From positions 31,355 through 95,354 of the forward strand of contig CALVSB010000001.1 in NCBI GenBank assembly GCA_944358895.1: a DNA stretch of 64,000 bases, read 5' to 3'. Made by a program: the position numbers and the translations under genes. Origin of the DNA: an uncultured Bacilli bacterium (lineage in GTDB: Bacteria > Bacillota_I > Bacilli_A > RFN20 > CAG-826). The notes under the pieces are model-generated. The model did no database searches and was not told the origin of the DNA. It saw nothing but the letters and a program-made list of their open reading frames with translations. Below are positions 9,197-17,559 of the stretch, in pieces (position 1 is the first letter of the stretch; every line of letters starts with the position of its first letter).

Positions 9197-10937
9197 CGAC
9201 GAAGGAAAGATGCGGACTGCCCTCTGCGGCGAGCTCCGCGCCGAAGACGAGGGGAAGGAAGTCGCCCTCGTCGGCTGGACGGCCAATAAGAGAAACCTCG
9301 GGGGGCTTCTTTTCATCGACCTCCGGGACCGCTCGGGCCTTTGCCAGGTCCGGGTCGACGATGCCGCCCATTGCCCCGACATCCGGAACGAATACCTCCT
9401 CCAAGTGAGGGGCAAGGTCGTGAGGAAGCCGGTCGCCAACAAGAAGCTCGCGAGCGGCGAGATCGAGGTCGCGGCCTCCTCCATCGAGGTCGTCTCGAAG
9501 TCCGAGCAGCCGCCCTTCATCGTGGCCGACGAAACCGACGCCCTCGAGGATACGCGGATGAAGTACCGCTACCTCGACCTTCGGCGACCCATCATGCATG
9601 GGCGCCTGCTCAAGCGGGCAGCCATCATGAAGGCGGCCCGGAGCTACCTCGACGGCCATCATTTCCTCGAGGTCGAGACCCCGTGCCTCAACCTCGCGAC
9701 CCCGGAAGGGGCCCGCGACTACCTCGTCCCGAGCCGGACGAAGCAGGGGAAGTTCTACGCCCTTCCCCAAAGCCCCCAGCTCTTCAAGCAGCTCCTCATG
9801 GTCGGCGGCATCGAGCGCTACTATCAGATTGCCCGGTGCTTCCGCGACGAGGACTTGAGGGCCGACCGCCAGCCGGAATTCACCCAGATCGACGTCGAGT
9901 GCTCCTTCCTCAGCCAGGATGAGATCCTCGAACTGGGCGAGGGACTCGCCAAAACGATTTTCAAGGAAGCGGAGGGGATCGACCTTCCGGCCTTCCCGCG
10001 GATGGCCTACTGGGATGCCGTCGACCATTACGGTAGCGACAAGCCCGACCTCCGTTACGACCTCCGGATGGAGGTCCTCGATGGTCTTTCCAAGCTTTCG
10101 AGCTTCCCCGGATACCAGGAAGGCACGGCCATAAGGGCCCTCAAGGTCGAGGGCTATGCGGCCAAAGCCAGCCGGAAGAAAGTCGACGAACTCGCCGCCG
10201 AGGCCAAGAAGAACGGCCTCGAGGGACCGCTTTTCGCCTTCAAGGTCGAAGGCGGGAAACTGACCGGGAGCGCCCTCAAGTTCCTTTCCGAGGACGGGGC
10301 TTCCTATATCCTTAAGGAGACCGAGGCGAAGGACGGCGACGCCATCTTCCTCCTTGGCTCCTCGAGCCGCCGGAAAGCCGGGTTTGCCCTCGGGAGCGTC
10401 CGGATCCTCCTCGCGAAGGAGCTCGGGCTTACCCTCAACAAACCGCACTATCCCCTCTGGGTCATCGACTTCCCGATGTTCACCTACGACGAGAGCGAAG
10501 GCCGCTACGTGGCCGAGCACCATCCCTTCACGCGCCCCCGGGACGAGGACCTTCCTTATCTCGATACCGACCCGAGCAAGGTGCTCGCCTATGCCTATGA
10601 CGTCGTCATCGACGGCTACGAGGCGGGCGGTGGCACCCTCCGTATCTACGATCCGGTCCTCCAGGACAAGATCTTCCGCCTCCTCGGGCTCAGCGAATCC
10701 GAGGTCCGGGACCGCTTCGGCTGGTTCGTCGACGCCTTCAAGTACGCGGCTCCGCCCCATGGCGGCTTCGCCCTCGGGCTCGATCGGCTGGCGATGCTCG
10801 TCACCCACACCGACAACATCCGCGACATCATCGCCTTCCCGAAGAACCTTCAGGCGGTCGACCCGATGTCCGGGGCACCGGGCGAGGCGAGCGAGAAAGC
10901 TCTCGCGGACCTCTCAATTGCGGTGGTCAAGAAGTAA
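9186..10937 (+). CDS. aspS: Aspartate--tRNA ligase
   Basis: 583 aa with an OB-fold anticodon-binding domain, a class II catalytic core (QSPQLFKQ, FRDEDLRADRQPEFTQID) and a GAD insertion. It overlaps the hisS end by 11 nt. Confidence 0.95.
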   Translation: MLSNDEGKMRTALCGELRAEDEGKEVALVGWTANKRNLGGLLFIDLRDRSGLCQVRVDDAAHCPDIRNEYLLQVRGKVVRKPVANKKLASGEIEVAASSIEVVSKSEQPPFIVADETDALEDTRMKYRYLDLRRPIMHGRLLKRAAIMKAARSYLDGHHFLEVETPCLNLATPEGARDYLVPSRTKQGKFYALPQSPQLFKQLLMVGGIERYYQIARCFRDEDLRADRQPEFTQIDVECSFLSQDEILELGEGLAKTIFKEAEGIDLPAFPRMAYWDAVDHYGSDKPDLRYDLRMEVLDGLSKLSSFPGYQEGTAIRALKVEGYAAKASRKKVDELAAEAKKNGLEGPLFAFKVEGGKLTGSALKFLSEDGASYILKETEAKDGDAIFLLGSSSRRKAGFALGSVRILLAKELGLTLNKPHYPLWVIDFPMFTYDESEGRYVAEHHPFTRPRDEDLPYLDTDPSKVLAYAYDVVIDGYEAGGGTLRIYDPVLQDKIFRLLGLSESEVRDRFGWFVDAFKYAAPPHGGFALGLDRLAMLVTHTDNIRDIIAFPKNLQAVDPMSGAPGEASEKALADLSIAVVKK

Positions 10938-11003
10938 CTTATATTACTAAGTAATATAAAAAATACTGATTTATTCCTAATAATCTACTAAGGAGGACAA
11001 AGG

Positions 11004-12977
11004 ATGAACCATTTCGACGAAATCGATGACCTGACGCTCGGGGCTCTAAGGGCCCTCGCGCTCGACGAAATCGACACGGCCAATAGCGGCCACCCCGGCA
11101 TGGCCCTCGACATCGCCCCGGCCCTCTATGTCCTTTACCGGGACTTCCTCGTGAGCGACCCTTCGCGCCCCCTTCATCCGGGCCGCGACCGCTTCGTCCT
11201 GAGCGCCGGGCACGTAAGCGCCCTCCTTTATGCGATGCTTCACCTCGCCGCCTACGACCTCCCGCTCGAGGAACTTAAGAGGTTCCGCCAGCTCGGGAGC
11301 AAGTGCCCGGGCCATCCGGAATGGGGGCTGACTCCCGGGGTCGACGCCACGAGCGGACCGTTGGGGCAAGGCCTTGCCCAGGCCGTCGGGATGGCGGTGG
11401 CCGAGAAGGCCCTCAAGGCCCGCTTCCCCGGGAGCGAGGGCTATCTCTCGCACCGGGTCTACGCCCTTTGCGGGGACGGCTGCCTCGAGGAAGGGCTTTC
11501 CCAGGAGGCCATCTCCTTCGCCGGCCTCCAGAAGCTCGACAACCTGACTTTCATCTACGACGCCAACGGCTCGACCCTCGACAACCCGACCTCGGTCTCG
11601 CTCGTCGAGGACGTCGCCCTCCGCTTCAAAGCCGCGGGCTGGGACGTCTACGAGGTGAATGACGGCAACGACCTCCGGGCCATCCACGATGCCATCGAGG
11701 AAGCCGTTTCTCTCAAGGAGAACAAGGCCCCGAGCCTCGTCATCGTCCACACTTCGATTGGCTACGGGAGCGAGCTTCAAGGCTCCCACAAGGTCCACGG
11801 CTCGCCCCTCGGCTTCGAGATGAGCGCGAAGGCCAAGGAAAAGCTCGGCTATCCCTATCCGCCCTTCACGGTGAAGAAGGAAGCCTACCAGCGCCTCGCC
11901 GAGACCTTCGCCGAGCGGGGGCACCTCGCCCTCCTCGAGAAGGACCGTTCCCTCAAGGGATACGAAAAGGAACATCCCGAAGAGGCCGCTATCCTTTCTT
12001 CGCTCCTGGCCGGGAAGAGCTTCGTCCCGCCCCGCGATAAGTTCGAGCTGAAGGAAAAGGAAGCCACCCGGAACACTTCCGGGCGCTACCTCAATCTCCT
12101 TAGCGGCGTCCACCCCGGCCTCATCGGCGGGGCGGCCGACGTCGCCGGCTCCCTCAAGACCGACCTCAAGGGAAGCGGGCGCTTCTCGCCCGAGGATCGG
12201 TCCGGGAAGAACCTCGCCTACGGGATCCGCGAGTTCCTGACCGGGAGCATCGAAAACGGCATCCTCCTTTCGGGCGGTCTCTTCCCCTACGGCGGCACCT
12301 TCCTCGTCTTCAGCGACTACATGAAGGCCGCCATCAGGATGAGCGCCCTCGAGCACCTACCGACGCTCTATCTCTTCTCCCACGACTCGATCGCCGTCGG
12401 GGAAGACGGCCCGACCCACGAGCCGATCGAGCAGCTGAGCGGCCTCCGCCTCATCCCCGGCCTCCTCGACTTCCGCCCGGCCGACGGGCGGGAACTCGTC
12501 GCCGGCTACGAGCTCGCCCTCGAAAGGAAAGGCGGCCCGACCGTCCTCGTCCTCTCGAGGCAAGACCTGCCGCTCCTCGAGCATAGCAGCGTCGACAAGG
12601 CAAAGCTCGGCGCCTACCGCCTCGAGGAAGGAAACGACCTCGAGCTCATCGCCTCGGGAAGCGAGGTGTCCCTCGCCCTCGAGGTCCGTTCCCTCCTGAA
12701 GGAAAAGGGCATCGAGGCGGCGGTGGTCTCGGTCCCGAGCTTCAACCTCCTCGGAGCAATGAAGGAGCCGCCCTTCCGCCTCGAGCGGAGCCGCCGGATC
12801 GCCATCGAGATGGCTTCGGGCGCCCTCTGGTACCGCTATGCCGAGCACGTCGTCTCCATCGAGAGCTTCGGCGCCTCGGGCAAGGAAAAGGAAGTCATCG
12901 CCCATTTCGGCTTCGATGCCGAGGCGGTGGCCGAGAAGGTTCTCGACGCCTTTCTTCCGAGCAAGGGGGGACATTAG
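11004..12977 (+). CDS. tkt: Transketolase
   Basis: 657 aa with a thiamine-diphosphate-binding N-terminus (GHPG, GDGC) and Pyr and C-terminal domains. AAGGAGG lies 8 nt upstream of the ATG. Confidence 0.95.
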   Translation: MNHFDEIDDLTLGALRALALDEIDTANSGHPGMALDIAPALYVLYRDFLVSDPSRPLHPGRDRFVLSAGHVSALLYAMLHLAAYDLPLEELKRFRQLGSKCPGHPEWGLTPGVDATSGPLGQGLAQAVGMAVAEKALKARFPGSEGYLSHRVYALCGDGCLEEGLSQEAISFAGLQKLDNLTFIYDANGSTLDNPTSVSLVEDVALRFKAAGWDVYEVNDGNDLRAIHDAIEEAVSLKENKAPSLVIVHTSIGYGSELQGSHKVHGSPLGFEMSAKAKEKLGYPYPPFTVKKEAYQRLAETFAERGHLALLEKDRSLKGYEKEHPEEAAILSSLLAGKSFVPPRDKFELKEKEATRNTSGRYLNLLSGVHPGLIGGAADVAGSLKTDLKGSGRFSPEDRSGKNLAYGIREFLTGSIENGILLSGGLFPYGGTFLVFSDYMKAAIRMSALEHLPTLYLFSHDSIAVGEDGPTHEPIEQLSGLRLIPGLLDFRPADGRELVAGYELALERKGGPTVLVLSRQDLPLLEHSSVDKAKLGAYRLEEGNDLELIASGSEVSLALEVRSLLKEKGIEAAVVSVPSFNLLGAMKEPPFRLERSRRIAIEMASGALWYRYAEHVVSIESFGASGKEKEVIAHFGFDAEAVAEKVLDAFLPSKGGH

Positions 12978-12987
12978 CCCCCTTCCA

Positions 12988-12996
12988 TGCTAGAAT
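12988..12996 (+). promoter_or_regulatory. Extended -10 element (TGcTAGAAT) of the asp23 operon
   Basis: The asp23 ATG (13003) lies 6 nt downstream, with no SD sequence. This is leaderless architecture. Confidence 0.45.
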
Positions 12997-13002
12997 CAGT
13001 CC

Positions 13003-13338
13003 ATGGCCAGCGATTACTACTACCTTAACAATTACCGGAATGCCGGGAAGATCGCGATTTCGCGCCGCTCCTTCGAGGACATCGCGACGATTGCCGCCAA
13101 CAGCGTCGAGGGAGCCAAAGTCAAGCGCCGGGCGGCCTCCTTCTCCTTGGCCGAGCCGGTCCGCGTCTCCTTCAAGAAGGGCGGGAAGGTCCTCATCTCC
13201 CTCCAGGTCTCGGTCAAGAAGGCCGAGAACGTCCGGGAAGTCTGCCTCAAGATCCAGGAAAAGGTGGCGACGGCCGTCTCCATGATGAGCGAAGCCGTGC
13301 CCTTCGGGGTCGAGGTCAAGGTCGTCTCCGTCATCTAG
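13003..13338 (+). CDS. Asp23/Gls24-family alkaline shock protein
   Basis: 111 aa, Asp23 family (DUF322). Confidence 0.8.
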   Translation: MASDYYYLNNYRNAGKIAISRRSFEDIATIAANSVEGAKVKRRAASFSLAEPVRVSFKKGGKVLISLQVSVKKAENVREVCLKIQEKVATAVSMMSEAVPFGVEVKVVSVI

Positions 13339-13827
13339 ATGGACATCGAATCTTCCTTCGAGGCTCAGTTGCGCCGCGCCCAAAAGGCGGCGCTTTTCCT
13401 TGCCTATGCCGGAGCCGTTTCCGTCTTCGGGAGCCTCCTCTCCATGGCTCTCCCCGAAGCGGGTTACGGCTATGCCTTCTCCTTTGCCTTAAGCGCCCTC
13501 GCCGCCTCCTACCTCGAGGGGTGGGTGGCTCTTCTTCCTTCCCTCTTCGTCGCGGGGGTGGCCATCTTCCTCGCCCTCATGCTCGCCAAGATGAAGAAGG
13601 CCGCGGTCTTCCTTGCCCCGGCCTTCGTCATCCTCGACACGGTCCTTCTCCTCTTCTTCCCGCTATTCGATTACGGGATTTACCGAGGGAATGGGGGCGT
13701 CCCGGTCGCCTGGTATCTCGCGATCGGCGTCCACGCCATCCTCCTCGTCTTCCTCGCCCTCTTCCTAGCCGCCTATGCTAAACTATTCCGCCTCAACAAA
13801 GAGAGAACTTCCTATGAACAACATTAA
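13339..13827 (+). CDS. Hypothetical integral membrane protein (Asp23-associated)
   Basis: 162 aa with 4 predicted TM helices. It is translationally coupled to asp23 (TAGATG). Asp23 genes are typically followed by a small membrane partner. Confidence 0.55.
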   Translation: MDIESSFEAQLRRAQKAALFLAYAGAVSVFGSLLSMALPEAGYGYAFSFALSALAASYLEGWVALLPSLFVAGVAIFLALMLAKMKKAAVFLAPAFVILDTVLLLFFPLFDYGIYRGNGGVPVAWYLAIGVHAILLVFLALFLAAYAKLFRLNKERTSYEQH

Positions 13828-14233
13828 GCGCCGCGACATGCACGAAATGGCGATGAAAGCCGTCTACGACGAACTGACCTACGTCCACATGGGCGAGGAG
13901 GTCGACGTCAAGAAGGCGGTCGAGGCCGCGACCGAGCTTCCCTACGACGAAGCTCCGCGCTTCGTGAAAGAGCAAGCCATCGCCGCCCTCAAGTACCTTG
14001 ACGAGGCCATCAACGCCATCCAAAGCCACATGCGGGGCTGGACTTTCGAGCGGCTCGACCGGGTGGAGCAGGCCATCCTCATCAATGCCTACAACCACTT
14101 TTTCCACGTCGAGGAAGGCATCGACAAAAAGATCGTCATCAACAACGCGGTGGAACTCGCCAAGAACTACCTCGAGGAAAAGGACTACCGCTTCGTGAAC
14201 GCGATCCTCGACAACATCCTCGTCCGGGCATGA
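13814..14233 (+). CDS. nusB: Transcription antitermination factor NusB
   Basis: 139 aa NusB fold. The start was chosen at MNNIKRR by homology. It overlaps the upstream gene by 14 nt. Confidence 0.8.
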   Translation: MNNIKRRDMHEMAMKAVYDELTYVHMGEEVDVKKAVEAATELPYDEAPRFVKEQAIAALKYLDEAINAIQSHMRGWTFERLDRVEQAILINAYNHFFHVEEGIDKKIVINNAVELAKNYLEEKDYRFVNAILDNILVRA

Positions 14234-15444
14234 TCGACAAAGGCTACGAAACGGTCGACGAGCTTTCGCTCCGGCTGAAAGGCGTCTTGGTCGACAGTGC
14301 CCTTTTTTCGCGCCTTGTCGTGAAAGGCGAGGTGAGCGGCAAGAAGGAGCACTCCTCGGGCGTCTATTTCGACCTCAAGGGCGAGCGTTCCCTCATTTCC
14401 TGCGTCATCTGGAAAGACGTCTACTACCGGCAAAAGGAACCCCTCGAAGAAGGAAGCGCGGTCATCTGCCGGGGCACCCTCGACTACTATGCCCCGCGGG
14501 GAAGGCTCACCTTCAAGGTCTATTCCTACGAAAAGGAAGGAGCGGGGGCAAAGGACCTCGCCCTCAAGGCCCTCTACCAGAAGCTCAAGGCCGAGGGGGT
14601 CTTCGACCGTCCCAAGAAGAGCTTCCCGAAGTATCCTGGGACCATCGCCCTCGTCGCCGGCTGCCGCTCGGCGGCCGAGTCCGATGTCTTGCGCAACGTA
14701 CCCCGGAGATGGCCGCTGGCCAAGATCCTCCTCTTCCCGGCCCTCGTCCAGGGCGAGAAAGCCCCTTCGAGCCTCGTGAGCGCCCTCAAAGCCGCGGATG
14801 CTTCCACGGCCGAGGCCGTCATCCTGGCCCGCGGCGGCGGGAGCAGCGACGACCTATCGGGCTTCAACGACGAAGCGGTGGTGCGGCAGGTCGCCGGCAT
14901 GAAGAAGCCGATCATCTCGGCCGTCGGCCACGAGATCGACATCTCGCTCACCGACTTCGCGGCCGATCTAAGGGCCTCGACCCCGACGGCCGCCAGCGAG
15001 CTCGTCACCCCCGACTGGAACGAGGTGATGGAAGACCTCGACTCCTACGAATACACCCTCGATAGCCTATTGAGGAACAAGCTAGCCTCGCTCAGGGAGA
15101 AACTTTCCTCCCTCGCCGAGCGGCCTTTCTTCAAAAGCCCCCTCGGGGCCTTCGAAGTCTACAACGAGAAGATCGCCCGCCTCGCCGACCGGCTGTCAAC
15201 TAGCCTGGCCCGGAAGCTCGAGCGCTCCGCCTCCCGGCTTTCCTTCTTGGAAGGCAAGCTCACGGCTCTCGACGCAAGAAAAACGCTCGAACGGGGCTTT
15301 GCCTACTTGACCGACGGGGAGGGTCGTTCCATCGTAAAAGCCACCGAGGCCAAAGTCGGCACCCGCATCGTCTCCCATCTCGCCGATGGGTATATCGTAT
15401 CCGAAGTACAGGAGGTCAGCGAACATGGAAAAGAAAAAGCTTAG
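14230..15444 (+). CDS. xseA: Exodeoxyribonuclease VII large subunit
   Basis: 404 aa with an OB-fold N-terminus and a catalytic core. The start overlaps nusB (ATGA). Confidence 0.9.
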   Translation: MIDKGYETVDELSLRLKGVLVDSALFSRLVVKGEVSGKKEHSSGVYFDLKGERSLISCVIWKDVYYRQKEPLEEGSAVICRGTLDYYAPRGRLTFKVYSYEKEGAGAKDLALKALYQKLKAEGVFDRPKKSFPKYPGTIALVAGCRSAAESDVLRNVPRRWPLAKILLFPALVQGEKAPSSLVSALKAADASTAEAVILARGGGSSDDLSGFNDEAVVRQVAGMKKPIISAVGHEIDISLTDFAADLRASTPTAASELVTPDWNEVMEDLDSYEYTLDSLLRNKLASLREKLSSLAERPFFKSPLGAFEVYNEKIARLADRLSTSLARKLERSASRLSFLEGKLTALDARKTLERGFAYLTDGEGRSIVKATEAKVGTRIVSHLADGYIVSEVQEVSEHGKEKA

Positions 15445-15634
15445 CTTCGAGGAGAAGCTCGCCCGCTTAGAGCAAATCGTGACGGAAGCCGAGCAGGGGA
15501 AGCTCCCGCTTCAAGACACCCTCCGCCTCCACGAAGAAGGGGAGAAGCTCATCAAGGAACTCCGGGAAGAACTATCCGCGGCCGAGAAGAAGCTTCAGGA
15601 AAACGGAGTGGATGCCGAAGAGGGCACAAAGTAG
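15425..15634 (+). CDS. xseB: Exodeoxyribonuclease VII small subunit
   Basis: 69 aa coiled-coil protein (MEKKKLSFEEKLARLEQIV...). It overlaps the xseA end. Confidence 0.8.
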   Translation: MEKKKLSFEEKLARLEQIVTEAEQGKLPLQDTLRLHEEGEKLIKELREELSAAEKKLQENGVDAEEGTK

Positions 15635-15663
15635 TAAATTAGTAGTTTTCAAGGTGTTTCACG

Positions 15664-17529
15664 ATGGCAAGGAAATCCGACGGCAACTACGATTTTTCCC
15701 AAATTGGTCCCGATCCCTCTTTCGTTAAGAAATTAGACGAAAAGGAACTCCAGGAACTCGCCAAGGAAATCCGGCGGCGGATCATCGAGGCCACCTCCAA
15801 GCAAGGCGGGCACCTCGCGAGCAACCTCGGGACCGTCGAGCTCACGATCGCCCTCTACCGGGCCTTCGACTTCCCGAAGGACAAGCTCATTTTCGACGTC
15901 GGCCACCAGTCCTATACCCATAAGATCTTGACCGGCCGCTCCCTCGAAGGCATGGGGAGCAAGGGCGGCCCGTCTCCTTTCATCTCGCGCGAGGAATCGC
16001 CCTACGACCTCTTCGAGGCCGGGCACGCCGGGACGGCCGTCTCGGCCCTCAGCAGTTTCTGCCTCGACCGCGACCTCAAGAAAGAGAAGCACGAGGTCGT
16101 CGCCCTCGTCGGGGACTCCTCGATCGTGAACGGGCTCTCCTTCGAAGCCCTCAATTACTTCCCGAGCCTCCATAGCAAGGGGATCATCGTCATCAACGAC
16201 AACGACATGTCGATCTCGGCCCCGGTCGGCGGGATGGGCGATTTCTTCCGCTCGATCTCGACCTCGCGGGCCTATAACCGCCTGAAGCGGGGCTATAAGA
16301 AGGCCCTGAGCCTCACCAAGGCCGGCGACTGGCTCTACGAGCTCAGCTACGCCCTCAAGACGAAGGCCAAGGCGATGCTCGTCCCGACCTCCCTCTTCGA
16401 CAACATGGGCTATACCTACATCGGCCCGGTCGACGGCCATAGCTTCAAGGCCCTCGCCAAGGCTTTCAAAAAGGCCAAGGCCGCGAGCAAGCCGGCCGTC
16501 GTCCACGTCCTCACCCAGAAAGGACGCGGCTACCAAAGGGCCGAGGAGGACCGGACCGGCTACTGGCATGGCGTCACTCCCTTCGACGTCGACGAGGGGA
16601 CGCCCAAGAGCCAGCACCCCGGCTACCTGTCCTGGTCGCACTATTTCGGCGACCTCGTCGACGAAGCGATGAAGGAAGACCCTAACCGCCTCCTCATCTG
16701 CCCGGCCATGATCAAGGGCAGCCACCTCGAAAAGGCCTTCGAGGACTGCCCGGGACGTTCCTTCGACGTCGGGATCGCCGAGGAGCACGCCCTCACGATG
16801 GGCGGGACCCTCGCCTCCCTCGGCTACAAGGTCATCGTCTCCATCTACTCGAGTTTCCTCCAACGGGCCTACGACGAGCTCCTCCACGATGCCGCCCGGA
16901 TATCGGCCCCGATCCTCCTTCTCATCGACCGGGCCGGCTTCGTCGGGAAGGACGGGGCGACCCACCAGGGGATCTACGACCCGGCCTACCTCCGTTCGAT
17001 CCCCGGCGTCGTCCTTTCGATGCCCTCGACGAAGGAAATCGCGAGTTATCTCTTCAACGAAGGACTGGCCAATAAGGATGGCCCTTTCGCCATCCGCTAC
17101 CCCCATTCCCTTTTCGAGGAAGCGAAAGTCGATCCGCGTCTCCCCGAAGAAGGCGAGGGGCTCTTCCTCCGGGAGGAAGGCTCGAAGGCGCTTCTTGTCG
17201 CCATCGGCCCCCTCGGGCGTTCCTTTATGGAACTGGCAGGGGAAGGCTTCGACCTCCTCGACCCGGTCTATCTCTTCCCTTTGGGGAAAAAGACTTTGTC
17301 GCGGCTCCTCTCCTATGAGCGGATCGCCGTCTACGATCCCTACGGCACGAAGGAAGGCTTTGCCTCCTCCCTTGCTATCGCCCTCGAAGAAGCGGGCTAC
17401 CGGGGAAAACTCTTCGTCCACGCCTGCGAAAGCGGCTACGTCCCCTCGATGAAAGTCGAGGAGCAGCTCGAGTTCTCGGGCCTCGGGGAAAAGGCGGTAG
17501 CCCTCATTCGGGACGAACTGCTTGCTTAA
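15664..17529 (+). CDS. dxs: 1-deoxy-D-xylulose-5-phosphate synthase
   Basis: 621 aa with a ThDP-binding motif (GDS...NDN) and transketolase-like domains. Confidence 0.95.
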   Translation: MARKSDGNYDFSQIGPDPSFVKKLDEKELQELAKEIRRRIIEATSKQGGHLASNLGTVELTIALYRAFDFPKDKLIFDVGHQSYTHKILTGRSLEGMGSKGGPSPFISREESPYDLFEAGHAGTAVSALSSFCLDRDLKKEKHEVVALVGDSSIVNGLSFEALNYFPSLHSKGIIVINDNDMSISAPVGGMGDFFRSISTSRAYNRLKRGYKKALSLTKAGDWLYELSYALKTKAKAMLVPTSLFDNMGYTYIGPVDGHSFKALAKAFKKAKAASKPAVVHVLTQKGRGYQRAEEDRTGYWHGVTPFDVDEGTPKSQHPGYLSWSHYFGDLVDEAMKEDPNRLLICPAMIKGSHLEKAFEDCPGRSFDVGIAEEHALTMGGTLASLGYKVIVSIYSSFLQRAYDELLHDAARISAPILLLIDRAGFVGKDGATHQGIYDPAYLRSIPGVVLSMPSTKEIASYLFNEGLANKDGPFAIRYPHSLFEEAKVDPRLPEEGEGLFLREEGSKALLVAIGPLGRSFMELAGEGFDLLDPVYLFPLGKKTLSRLLSYERIAVYDPYGTKEGFASSLAIALEEAGYRGKLFVHACESGYVPSMKVEEQLEFSGLGEKAVALIRDELLA

Positions 17530-17544
17530 CATAATTTCATTAGG

Positions 17545-17553
17545 TGCTAAGAT
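17545..17553 (+). promoter_or_regulatory. Extended -10 element (TGcTAAGAT) of dinB
   Basis: The dinB GTG start codon (17560) lies 6 nt downstream. No SD sequence is present. Confidence 0.4.
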
Positions 17554-17559
17554 GGCCGC

